A stretch of 64,000 nt of DNA. Source: a virus. Lineage: Duplodnaviria > Caudoviricetes. Positions 17,346 through 26,214 of the stretch are shown here, one piece after another. Position 1 is the stretch's first letter. The number at the start of each line of letters is the position of its first letter. Below the pieces are notes generated by a model. The model ran no database searches, was not told the DNA's origin, and worked only from the letters and a program-made list of their open reading frames with translations. Made by a program: the position numbers and the translations under genes. The stretch is taken from positions 1-64,000 of the IMG/VR virus record IMGVR_UViG_2548876968_000003; one strand, written 5' to 3'.

Positions 17346-19154
17346 TTAACCTCCGTTATTCGCTCCGCGAACAACGTCCAAATTAACTAGAAAAAACATG
17401 TAGTTGATCGGGCTTACGATCTTGCCGTCAGGGAAGATGAAATACAAAGCGTCACCGTCACGACGAATGTCGAACTTCTCGTCGAATGCGGGTTCACCTG
17501 TATAGATATTTCTTGTAAGCCAGCCGTATTGTGTAATATATACATTACGAAAGCGTTGTGTAACTGCGGTTCGAATGTCGGCGTCCGTTAGGTTAGTTCC
17601 GAGCGCATCCGGATCTGTTGGGACTTCGCCGATGAACGTAACGTCGAGCCATTCCCTGAAATCTTTTACGAGAGCGAGTGCGGTACAAACTGTGGACGCT
17701 TGATTTTTAATCAGGTTTTGGGCTTGATATGAGGTCAGACCCATTTCGATTTTAAAAGCCCCGTTATTTGGCTTTCGTGTAACGATGAGCCCACCCGCTC
17801 TTAGAACTTTTTTGATTTGGTTCTTAGAAAGTTTTTCGGGTGCGTCTACGATATTCAGATCTTTGTAAGTTGCCGTTTCTCTTACGTTTGTGGAAGCTTT
17901 GATTGCGTTATGTAAAACCGCGAGCATCCAACCCGGATAAGTTTTTAAAGTGATCTTATCAGCCGCGTAACGAGTGATTGGAGAAAGACCCAAGACCATG
18001 TATTCGGAATTGGTTGCTTTGATGTCTTCGATTCTCGCATCGACTGACTTCGTTAAATCTAAGCCAGCACCGCCAAATCGTTCATCCGAACCGTCCGGTG
18101 AATTTCCATAGGTCAGTTTATCCGCAAGATAGAGAACTACCGATTGGATAGAGGTACAAACGTTGACGTAAAATCCTTTGGAAACTTCCGTATCGAAAAC
18201 GTAATCAATCGCATCGATATAGTCCTGCGCGGTCGCAATACCCGTAGAGCCCCCATTTAGATAAGTAAAAGACGCCATATCAGCAAGCGGCTTTCTTTCT
18301 TGAGTTGATACAACTTGGGCGAGACCGTTCCCTAAAAAGAAACTTTCTTGCTGAAAAAGAAGAGATTTCATCGTGACCGGAGCCGATTTCACATCTACGG
18401 CGTCGGTAAGAGAAAGATGGTCTAAGGTAGAAATTTTCCGATCGGGCTGTGAAAGAAGAGTGATTTGATATCCGACTCTACTGGAAACATAACCGACGAG
18501 TTCTCCAAGCGTCGGATAGTCTTTGATAGGAACATTTAAGTTAACGGATCCGTCGGTCGGCGCAGTTCCGGAAAGTGTAACTCTCAGTGAAATCCCATCG
18601 AAAGTGAGAATTGCGTTTTGTCCGTTACCTACATATTGAATTTGTAATTCGTTTGATTCTAAAGGTGAAGAAGTTCCAATTCCATCACTGTCCCCGATTT
18701 GAATGATCGTTCCGCCGCTCGTTACGCGAAACCGGATTTGATTTCCTCTCGGTCCTGGAATGATCGCTTTTACCGTATTCGAAATTGTCGCAACGATAGA
18801 AACAACCGGCGCGCTTGCATAAGCGTTCGGATTTATGTTCAGAGCTTTGATGAGTTGCGGACCCGCCGCAAATCGAGAATCTTTGGAAGGAGAGAACGCA
18901 TTAGAAACGGCGTCCGCTAAATCACCGGAGAAAAAGACGGACCTTGCTTCATCTGCACCGCTAAATTCTAAAACTCGTTTCGATGTTTCGAGACTTGTGT
19001 CTCCTGCGTCATACCCGTTGTCTGCGGGTCCGATTAGAATTAGAGTATTTAGATCCGGAGAGATTCCGGTGCTTTGAGCTTTAACTCTAAAGGCTCCACG
19101 CGCACCCGGTTGGATGTATCCGCGCCCTAGAAATTCAACTTCTCTAGAGCCCAT
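17346..19154 (-). CDS. Contractile tail sheath protein
   Basis: QPGA...LILIGPADNG...FFSGDLADA N-terminus like phage K/A511 sheath; 602 aa. Confidence 0.9.
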   Translation of the reverse strand: MGSREVEFLGRGYIQPGARGAFRVKAQSTGISPDLNTLILIGPADNGYDAGDTSLETSKRVLEFSGADEARSVFFSGDLADAVSNAFSPSKDSRFAAGPQLIKALNINPNAYASAPVVSIVATISNTVKAIIPGPRGNQIRFRVTSGGTIIQIGDSDGIGTSSPLESNELQIQYVGNGQNAILTFDGISLRVTLSGTAPTDGSVNLNVPIKDYPTLGELVGYVSSRVGYQITLLSQPDRKISTLDHLSLTDAVDVKSAPVTMKSLLFQQESFFLGNGLAQVVSTQERKPLADMASFTYLNGGSTGIATAQDYIDAIDYVFDTEVSKGFYVNVCTSIQSVVLYLADKLTYGNSPDGSDERFGGAGLDLTKSVDARIEDIKATNSEYMVLGLSPITRYAADKITLKTYPGWMLAVLHNAIKASTNVRETATYKDLNIVDAPEKLSKNQIKKVLRAGGLIVTRKPNNGAFKIEMGLTSYQAQNLIKNQASTVCTALALVKDFREWLDVTFIGEVPTDPDALGTNLTDADIRTAVTQRFRNVYITQYGWLTRNIYTGEPAFDEKFDIRRDGDALYFIFPDGKIVSPINYMFFLVNLDVVRGANNGG

Positions 19155-19353
19155 GATTGATAATTCTCCAAGCGTCTTCGATACTGTTTCCTTTCGTTTT
19201 TAACTCCCGGTAAAAGAAGTTTCGAAAGCGGGGAGAAATCGTTCTTCCAAGTTCTCTTTCTTTACAGAGTAGAAACTCTTCGGGTGTTTGATTCGTTTTA
19301 GGTTTGGTTAAAACTTTTGTTCCCTTTTGCAAATTTGCGTCTTCGTCTATCAA
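19144..19353 (-). CDS. Small hypothetical phage protein
   Basis: Overlaps both neighbours in the tail operon. Confidence 0.5.
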   Translation of the reverse strand: MIDEDANLQKGTKVLTKPKTNQTPEEFLLCKERELGRTISPRFRNFFYRELKTKGNSIEDAWRIINHGL

Positions 19354-20126
19354 GGCTTATCCTCTAACCCGAAGCTGCCTTCCAGTCGGGTTTTACTTCG
19401 GGTTAAAAATACATCGAAGGAGCGAGTATCGGGAAAAAGGAATGCGGGTTTGGTTCGAAAAATGGATTTGGATTGTACAAGTCGTACGCGGATTTCAAAT
19501 CCCCAGAATGGTTCTGAAAAATCGGCTGTGCTTAAATTGGGTTCTGTATCTTCGGGAAGAAAAACTGTAAGCCCGGGATATAGAACCGGAAGGTCATTTG
19601 CCATGAGCAGGGTCACGGCGAGGGCGGCGTCATAGATCCATTTGTTTGTGTTTCTACCGGCGTTACCGGTTGCGAAACCGCAAATGACGACCTCTGACTC
19701 TACGGTGTATTGAAGTTGTTGGAAGTGTTTCTTTCGACTGAATTCATCGAGGAACGATTTTGTGGAAAGACGTTGACTTTCCGGAAGTTCTGAAATTTCA
19801 GTTAAAAATTTTATAAAAGATTCAGAATTCTTAAAATGGTGTTCGTTTAATCCTAAAAATTGAGTATTTCTATCCGTTGTGCATTCGATTCCTACTTTTG
19901 GAAATTTTGAATTTGGTCCGGTTGTTGAAATTCCTTCTTGGTAAAGCGGATGTCCGTGAACTATGGGAACGTCTATGTTTCGTAAAGAAAGACCGGTGAG
20001 TGGTAAGGAGTTACGAAAATATTCTACAACCGTATCTTCCGGAGGGGCCGGATACGTGATTAGAATTGCTCCTTTATCCCGTCCGTCTTGTTGTCTTGCT
20101 TCTTCTTCCCGAAGACTTGTATCCAT
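19350..20126 (-). CDS. Putative tail terminator/neck protein
   Basis: Synteny just upstream of the sheath. Confidence 0.5.
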   Translation of the reverse strand: MDTSLREEEARQQDGRDKGAILITYPAPPEDTVVEYFRNSLPLTGLSLRNIDVPIVHGHPLYQEGISTTGPNSKFPKVGIECTTDRNTQFLGLNEHHFKNSESFIKFLTEISELPESQRLSTKSFLDEFSRKKHFQQLQYTVESEVVICGFATGNAGRNTNKWIYDAALAVTLLMANDLPVLYPGLTVFLPEDTEPNLSTADFSEPFWGFEIRVRLVQSKSIFRTKPAFLFPDTRSFDVFLTRSKTRLEGSFGLEDKP

Positions 20127-20152
20127 TAGCTCGGATCATAGAGCGAAACGGA

Positions 20153-20896
20153 TTATCGGTTCTTTTTTTTGGCTAAAAGATCTAAAATCAAATCTTTGGT
20201 ATCGGATGCGACTGCTTGTTTCAAAGTTTTAGATTTTAAAGCCGATTTTACATCCTCTTTGATTCCGGCTAAAATTTTCTGAGCGGGAATAGCAGGTTGA
20301 AAGAAGTTACGGCTTTTTTCTGTGACTACGACGAATTTTACAAAGGATCTTTGAATTTTTCCATTTTTGTACTTTTGTTCTCTTGCAAAAACGTTTCCTT
20401 GACCGGTCATTCCGGGATCTTGTCTGTATTTGTACCGATTTCGAGTGACCATTTGTCCATGAGCGTTTTCTTCTTTGAAACTTCCGGTTTTGATAATCAC
20501 AGAATTGATTGAATTGTTTTTTGGACTTACGGGAGTTCCGTTTTCATTTTTAGTGATTGGGACAATTACATAAGGACCGTTTGCACCCATCCTTGCGCGG
20601 CTTCCACCCAAGAGAGAAGGTCGCATATCGTAACGTCCCCTACCTCGCTCAATGACTGCCATATAGTTATACTTTCCCTTATTCGGGTGATATACTTGAA
20701 AACCTCCCGGAATTTTCCGAATTAAAATTCCTCCCCCTCCTCCCGGACGGTTGGACATTGCCATTTTTCCCCACCAGCTAGGTTTTGCGGCGAGTGTATT
20801 GTTCGTCCAGGCTTCTTGTGTCGCTTTTGCGATTCGATTTAGAACGAGCTTGGTTCTTGGAAATTTTCCTTGTTCATAGAGTTGTTCGTAGTTCAT
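20153..20896 (-). CDS. Putative neck/head-completion protein (basic)
   Basis: Position after the capsid gene; ERG.GRYDM.P motif. Confidence 0.45.
   Translation of the reverse strand: MNYEQLYEQGKFPRTKLVLNRIAKATQEAWTNNTLAAKPSWWGKMAMSNRPGGGGGILIRKIPGGFQVYHPNKGKYNYMAVIERGRGRYDMRPSLLGGSRARMGANGPYVIVPITKNENGTPVSPKNNSINSVIIKTGSFKEENAHGQMVTRNRYKYRQDPGMTGQGNVFAREQKYKNGKIQRSFVKFVVVTEKSRNFFQPAIPAQKILAGIKEDVKSALKSKTLKQAVASDTKDLILDLLAKKKNR
20154..20160 (-). promoter_or_regulatory. Late-promoter motif variant ACCGATA (neck/sheath/tube operon)
   Basis: 27 nt upstream of ATG 20126. Confidence 0.55.
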
Positions 20897-20923
20897 AAAA
20901 AAGGGGTAGAAGATTCTACCCCT
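20897..20923 (-). terminator. Intrinsic terminator after the major capsid gene
   Basis: AGGGGTAGA-ATCT-TCTACCCCT followed by a T run on the minus strand. Confidence 0.75.
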
Positions 20924-20960
20924 CCTGAAATTTCTCTAAACGTTGTGTGTGCTTGAAACT

Positions 20961-22412
20961 TTAGAGTCTGACTGGAACGTTCGTAAACACTCGGAACTTG
21001 TCTTCCGCAAGGATTTGAAGAACGCTATAGTTTTCAACGATCCCAAGACGAGAACGTAAAGCTCCTCCCGCTCCGTAGGGAAAGAGCGTCTTCGTATATC
21101 CCAGAAGTTCGGTTAATACTAGAGTTCTTGTGTCGTCGCTTGCCGATTTAGAATTAAAATCTCCCAGTACCATAATCGTGGTTCCGGGAAGATCTTCGTT
21201 TAAATCTTGGAGAATAGTTGTAGGACCCGCAGTGTTTTTCTTTACCTCTCTCATGTAACGAATGATGGAAGAATTCGGGCCTGTTTCACGAAAGATCACA
21301 AATCTTGTCTCGGGTACTCCACCCGTTCCAGGAGTAATTGTAAGTTCTGCCGCTCCACCGTTTGGAATTGCTATACTTTGTTCGTTACAAGCTTTCGACC
21401 AATGTCTCAAGTCACCCGCAGAGATTCTGTATTTGTAGGTTCCTACATACGATCCTGTGAAAAGAGATCCGGGAACCGAAGCCAAAGATGCAATGGTGAA
21501 GGAAGGAGTTGCGGGAGCTTCCGTATCACTTGTAGCTCCTTCAACCCAAGCCCCAACTTGGTCACGTCTCATGGGGACGCTCCATTCATGACGATCAAGC
21601 CAGATATCATCATCAAAAAGGATCATGTTATCTTTAGCGTTTGAATCCGCTACACCGTGAACGATATTACTAAGAGAAGTGTTCCCCGGAGATTGGTTGT
21701 TATTCTGGATTACAACGGCTCCCCCTACTCTGTCATAATTTTGATCATAGAGAGCTTTTGTCGCGGGGTGCATTTTAGCATAGTTCACCTGACCGAATTG
21801 TTTTGTTCTGACTTGAGAGCTATAGTATTTCATTTCATCGACGGCGGGTAACGCACCTCGACAATCGGTGTAGAAATTCTTACCTAAAGACTTTACTTGT
21901 GTTTCGAATCCGTCTTGTTCCAGCTTATTTAAGTCTCTCTTTCCAAACCAAATTTTTCTCATTTGGTTTTCCATACCGCGCCTAAGTGCGGCGTTCGATT
22001 GAGTAAGTTCCGGATCTTGTGAGTTGTTTACGGTATCGACTACTTTGTTGAAAGAATATCCTTCCGCAATATAATTGATTTCGTTATACAATCGATCGAG
22101 TTGTGGATCTCTGAAGGAAGGTTCATCGGACTGTCCGATATAGGAAGAATTGTACCAACCACCGCCATGAGAACGATTCCGGTTGTATTCCGCGATAACC
22201 TGATTTGTGGTTCTTCTCGGAACTTCTTTTAAAAACTTAAAATCTTTGTCCGTTGAAACGGTAGCCACGAAGACTTTGTCAAGCGACTGCATGGATAAAA
22301 CTGCACCCGAAGAGTTGATGTCTACGAAAGGAGTCGCGCCGTTTAAGGCAGTGTTCGCTTCGAACGCTTTTTTAATCTCGATTAGTTGATCGAGTGTGTG
22401 AGGGCCGGTCAT
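20961..22412 (-). CDS. Major capsid protein (SPO1/Twort/A511-like)
   Basis: Aligns by eye with phage K capsid along its length (IKKAF vs VVKSF; GA.L..Q.LD; D.NE.LP; L.ELL). Confidence 0.9.
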   Translation of the reverse strand: MTGPHTLDQLIEIKKAFEANTALNGATPFVDINSSGAVLSMQSLDKVFVATVSTDKDFKFLKEVPRRTTNQVIAEYNRNRSHGGGWYNSSYIGQSDEPSFRDPQLDRLYNEINYIAEGYSFNKVVDTVNNSQDPELTQSNAALRRGMENQMRKIWFGKRDLNKLEQDGFETQVKSLGKNFYTDCRGALPAVDEMKYYSSQVRTKQFGQVNYAKMHPATKALYDQNYDRVGGAVVIQNNNQSPGNTSLSNIVHGVADSNAKDNMILFDDDIWLDRHEWSVPMRRDQVGAWVEGATSDTEAPATPSFTIASLASVPGSLFTGSYVGTYKYRISAGDLRHWSKACNEQSIAIPNGGAAELTITPGTGGVPETRFVIFRETGPNSSIIRYMREVKKNTAGPTTILQDLNEDLPGTTIMVLGDFNSKSASDDTRTLVLTELLGYTKTLFPYGAGGALRSRLGIVENYSVLQILAEDKFRVFTNVPVRL

Positions 22413-22413
22413 A

Positions 22414-23226
22414 TTATTTTTGAACCTCTTTATAATCGTTTATGAATGCTTGTGCTCGGTCGGAAAGTTTCCAGGTGGACTCGAAATACGCGATATCTTC
22501 CATTTGGCAGCGACCGGCTTCGATTCCCTTGATGATTAGGTTTCCGGTTTGATCTCGGTCCTTTCCTGTAATGGGTCCTCCCCCCTTTGTGGGATCGTTG
22601 GACTTTTGTATTTTGGAAGTGACTGGCGCTTTCTCGGTGGCTGGACGATTTGTGAGCGCTCCAATTTCGGATTTGAGAGTTTGAACTTCTTTTGATAGCT
22701 GGGAATTATCTTCCGCAGTATCCATTAGATGCTCAATCGCAGCCGCGAGAGTTTCTTGACCGGCTTTTAGAATTTCTAGTGTGCTTTGAATTTCTGAGAT
22801 AAATTCAAGACGAGCTTTTTCGATCTCCTTCTCTTTCTCAGATTCTTCTTCGTCTTTTTTCTTCTTCTTGTTTTTTTCCTCTTTCTTATCATACTTTTCG
22901 GATCCGGTTCCCTCCTCTTCATCATCTTTGTTTTCTTTACTCTTCTTTTCGGATTTTGCAATTTCGTTTCCGTCGTTGTCGTCGAAATACGCATCAATTA
23001 CATCATCTGCAAAGGATTCAGCTTCTCCTTCCGAAATTCCTTGAGCAATCGCCCACTCCTTCACCTTATCTGTTTCCGGAATTACACTTCCAGAATCTAG
23101 TAACGTTGTTACTTGCGAAGCTAAGGCTTGTAAGTCAGGTGCATCTTCGCTAGTAGGATCGTCTGATTTTTTTACGTGTTTTGATTTTACACGCTCCTTC
23201 AGACGATTGATCGCGTCTTGTATCAT
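22414..23226 (-). CDS. Putative scaffolding protein
   Basis: Charged coiled coil between protease and capsid genes. Confidence 0.6.
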   Translation of the reverse strand: MIQDAINRLKERVKSKHVKKSDDPTSEDAPDLQALASQVTTLLDSGSVIPETDKVKEWAIAQGISEGEAESFADDVIDAYFDDNDGNEIAKSEKKSKENKDDEEEGTGSEKYDKKEEKNKKKKKDEEESEKEKEIEKARLEFISEIQSTLEILKAGQETLAAAIEHLMDTAEDNSQLSKEVQTLKSEIGALTNRPATEKAPVTSKIQKSNDPTKGGGPITGKDRDQTGNLIIKGIEAGRCQMEDIAYFESTWKLSDRAQAFINDYKEVQK

Positions 23227-23229
23227 CGG

Positions 23230-24153
23230 TTATTCTCCGCTCAGTTTTAGAAATATGGCATCGGTGAGATTTTCTAAATCTTCGCCTTCGAGGCTGTATT
23301 CTGTTTGGAGAACCGAGCGAATCAGGGCGGACCGAAGTTCCATTCCCTGATTTCTAACACGATCCGAAATATCGGAGATGATGAGTTCGACAAAGCGGTC
23401 TTGCGCTTCTGGATCGGATTGAAATAGTTTTGTTAAAAAGTCGAGTTTACGTTCAATGCGTCTAAGTCGTTCTAGTTCGAAGGATTCTAAGTTCGTTGAA
23501 AGATCAGTAGGATCTGATACTCCTTCTAAAATACTCTTCTCAATATCTCGAAGAAATATTGCTCCCTTTATCAATTGAACCGAAGTATCGGGATTGATGA
23601 CCTCCTGAAGTGGAGCGATCGCGCATTTACGAAGAAGAATTTTGCGAATCGTTTTTCCTTGGTAGTCTTGAGGTCTCGCAAATCCCGAAACAGAAGCTCC
23701 CCAACCTTGAAACCCGGCTTGTAATCCTTTTCGAATTTCTTCTGCGAATTTGTTTCCGGGAAAAAGCCTTCCGAGAATATAAAGTCCGTCGTCTTTGATT
23801 CCATAGTGCGCCGGAAAATCTTCTTTCAACCCGATTTGTTCGGGCGCGCCGATAATTGCTTCTGCTTTGGATTTTTGTAAATCGACAAGAACGGATCCGG
23901 TTAACTTACCTTCTTTTTTTAAGTCCCGAATTTCTTTATCAATATGGTCCGTTAAATGGTTAAAATCGAAGTATCCTTGAGAAGTGAATTCGGACCGCAT
24001 CGACGGATCCGCATATGCGGATTTAAGGATAACTTCTCCTTGTCGATCTTCTCGTTCCGAAGACGCTTTGACTAGGATTTTGATTGCGCCAGTCCGATCC
24101 TCCGGAGTGGCTTTCATGATATGGAACGGGTGAAGAAATTGGGTCTCTGACAT
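23230..24153 (-). CDS. Prohead protease
   Basis: ASSEREDRQGE, YFDFNH, GLYILGRL, GASVSG motifs of HK97/Twort-type maturation proteases. Confidence 0.75.
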   Translation of the reverse strand: MSETQFLHPFHIMKATPEDRTGAIKILVKASSEREDRQGEVILKSAYADPSMRSEFTSQGYFDFNHLTDHIDKEIRDLKKEGKLTGSVLVDLQKSKAEAIIGAPEQIGLKEDFPAHYGIKDDGLYILGRLFPGNKFAEEIRKGLQAGFQGWGASVSGFARPQDYQGKTIRKILLRKCAIAPLQEVINPDTSVQLIKGAIFLRDIEKSILEGVSDPTDLSTNLESFELERLRRIERKLDFLTKLFQSDPEAQDRFVELIISDISDRVRNQGMELRSALIRSVLQTEYSLEGEDLENLTDAIFLKLSGE

Positions 24154-24179
24154 AGAGACCCTTGTATTAGCGAAAGAAA

Positions 24180-24186
24180 AATCGGA
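24180..24186 (-). promoter_or_regulatory. Late-promoter motif TCCGATT (protease-scaffold-capsid)
   Basis: 26 nt upstream of ATG 24153. Confidence 0.65.
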
Positions 24187-24508
24187 AGGGAAAGATATGG
24201 ATACGTGTCCCTATTTTTGAAATTCTTTAGATAGGGTGTTGCCGGAATTCGAAATTACAATATTGAATGCTAGATGAAAGATTTCTGTTTATGCCTTTCA
24301 AAAAAAATTATAAATAATAAAAAATATGATAAAGTTATTACTGATCCCTATATACCGTTAATTTGGACACAAACCCCGCGTTTAGACGCAAAATTTTGGA
24401 CACTCTACTATGTAGAGATTGAGTAATATGAAAACCGATTTGTTACTTGAAAAAAGTTAAATTTTAGTTTAGAAAATCGCTTGTGAAATTAGTCTATTTA
24501 ATATAGCC

Positions 24509-24564
24509 TTCCAGAAGCGTCTGGAATGAGTCGCCTAGCGTCTCAACGAGGGGCTTTCAGCCCC
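24509..24564 (+). ncRNA. Candidate structured RNA upstream of the DUF3800 gene
   Basis: Hairpins TTCCAGA/TCTGGAA, a weaker TGAG/CTCA stem, and GGGGCT/AGCCCC; GC-rich island in AT-rich DNA. Confidence 0.35.
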
Positions 24565-24592
24565 ATCGCCAGTCGCCGTCCTCATAAAATTT

Positions 24593-25492
24593 ATGTATCT
24601 TTGCTACCTGGATGAATCTGGGACTCCAAACATTCCTGGAAATACAAGCCACTACGTTTTAGCTGGTCTTTCTATTCCTGTGAAATTCTGGAATATAAGC
24701 GAAAAGCAAATTGATACTATAAAAAGAAAATTTAATCTTGAAGGTGCCGAAATTCATACAGGTTGGATTTTAAGACCGTATTACGAACAACAGAATATTC
24801 CAAATTTTGAATCATTAGACCACATACGAAGAAAACAAGAAGTCGAAAGATTTCGGATATCTGAAATTCACAAACTTCAAAGACAAAAGAATTCAAAAAG
24901 ATTAAAACAAACAAAAAAGAATTTCAGAGAAACCGCCTCATATATTCACCTCACTTATACAGAACGTCTTAATTTTATTACAGAGTTAGCGCAAACAATT
25001 GCAAATTGGAGCTATGCCCGATTATTCGCTGAATGTATTGATAAACTTCATTTCAACCCGACTATTTCTGCAAGACCTTTAGATGAGCATGCTCTTGAGC
25101 AAATTGTAAATCGATTTCATAAATATTTAGAAATAATGGATAGATCCGGACAAGTGCCTGAAAGTTACGGATTATTAATTCATGATAATAACGATACGGT
25201 AGAGAAAAGGCATACGGATTTGATGCGTCATTTTCATAACCACGGAACATTTTGGGGGAATATTACTAAGATTATCGAAACTCCTCTATTCGTTGATTCA
25301 AAACTTACTAGTATGATTCAAATTGCCGATTTATGTTCTTATTCTTTAAGAAGATATCTAGAAAATTCGGAAGACTCTTTATTTAATTTGATTTTTCAAA
25401 GAGCGGATAGAATTAACAACTCTGTCGTTGGAGTTAGGCATTTCACTTCTCAAATGTGCAATTGTAGAATATGCTCATCTAGACATCCTTAA
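24593..25492 (+). CDS. DUF3800 family protein (RNase H-like, predicted nuclease)
   Basis: YLDESG, EIH, IIHD and QIADL motifs. Confidence 0.85.
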   Translation: MYLCYLDESGTPNIPGNTSHYVLAGLSIPVKFWNISEKQIDTIKRKFNLEGAEIHTGWILRPYYEQQNIPNFESLDHIRRKQEVERFRISEIHKLQRQKNSKRLKQTKKNFRETASYIHLTYTERLNFITELAQTIANWSYARLFAECIDKLHFNPTISARPLDEHALEQIVNRFHKYLEIMDRSGQVPESYGLLIHDNNDTVEKRHTDLMRHFHNHGTFWGNITKIIETPLFVDSKLTSMIQIADLCSYSLRRYLENSEDSLFNLIFQRADRINNSVVGVRHFTSQMCNCRICSSRHP

Positions 25493-25769
25493 ATAAAAAA
25501 ATACGGAATATTAATTACTCATTATCATCTATTACTTTCAAAATAGAAAGATAAAATAAGTCTATAAAGATTACCAGTAAATACTCGAATTTGTTGTCCA
25601 TAAATACGAGTTGGGAATAAAATGGGGATGTAATTAAAAATACTAATTGTCCAGTCACCTTATTTCAAACCATCCACTCGTTGAATGTGAAGACAATTCT
25701 TGTTTTCCTAATATTGTCAAGCGCGTACTTTTTTGGATTTTACCGATCAGATTCACGATTTATAAAAAC

Positions 25770-26159
25770 TTACGGATCGGAAACTAAAAGATACACACGC
25801 AACTTTCCAGCGCTACACCCGTTTGGACTCCAATATACACGGGCTTGAGTAAGGGAAGTAAGAATTTCGAACGCAAATCCTAAAAAAATACCGGATAAAG
25901 AAAGGTCTGTTCCATTAGCGCCTAACCATTTGTCTGCGGTTATCGTGTCTCCTACCGTGAGAGAAGGAGATCCGTTAAATGGAGTAAGGACTCTAACAAA
26001 GACTTGAACTACCACAGAATTCACCTGAAGAATATCCCCTAAATTTAAGGTGCCGGCCGCATTTGAAAAATCGATTTCGGCTTCAGCAACGTTTAGTTTT
26101 TTCAAACGATTGTCCTCCGGAAAGTCCTCATTGGTAAACGGACCGAGAAAGCTAGGCAT
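25770..26159 (-). CDS. Putative head decoration/spike-base protein
   Basis: VLTPFNG.PSLTVGD jelly-roll-like motif; late motif 38 nt upstream (26198-26204). Confidence 0.5.
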   Translation of the reverse strand: MPSFLGPFTNEDFPEDNRLKKLNVAEAEIDFSNAAGTLNLGDILQVNSVVVQVFVRVLTPFNGSPSLTVGDTITADKWLGANGTDLSLSGIFLGFAFEILTSLTQARVYWSPNGCSAGKLRVYLLVSDP

Positions 26160-26214
26160 TTAAAGTTTCCCTCGAATAAAAATAGCAAAGCGAAATATAT
26201 CGGAATTTTTTAGA

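Noticed and set aside
24341-24403. Two TTTGGACAC copies resembling IS3-family ends
   Set aside because: Direct orientation, no transposase and no target duplication
25515-25601. 28-aa hydrophobic ORF (type I toxin-like) on the minus strand
   Set aside because: AT-rich DNA gives such ORFs by chance; no SD or antisense RNA evidence
6227-25660. Exact 16-nt repeat AATTGTCCAGTCACCT at 6227 and 25645
   Set aside because: About one such match is expected by chance in 64 kb; contexts are unrelated, so not called an att site
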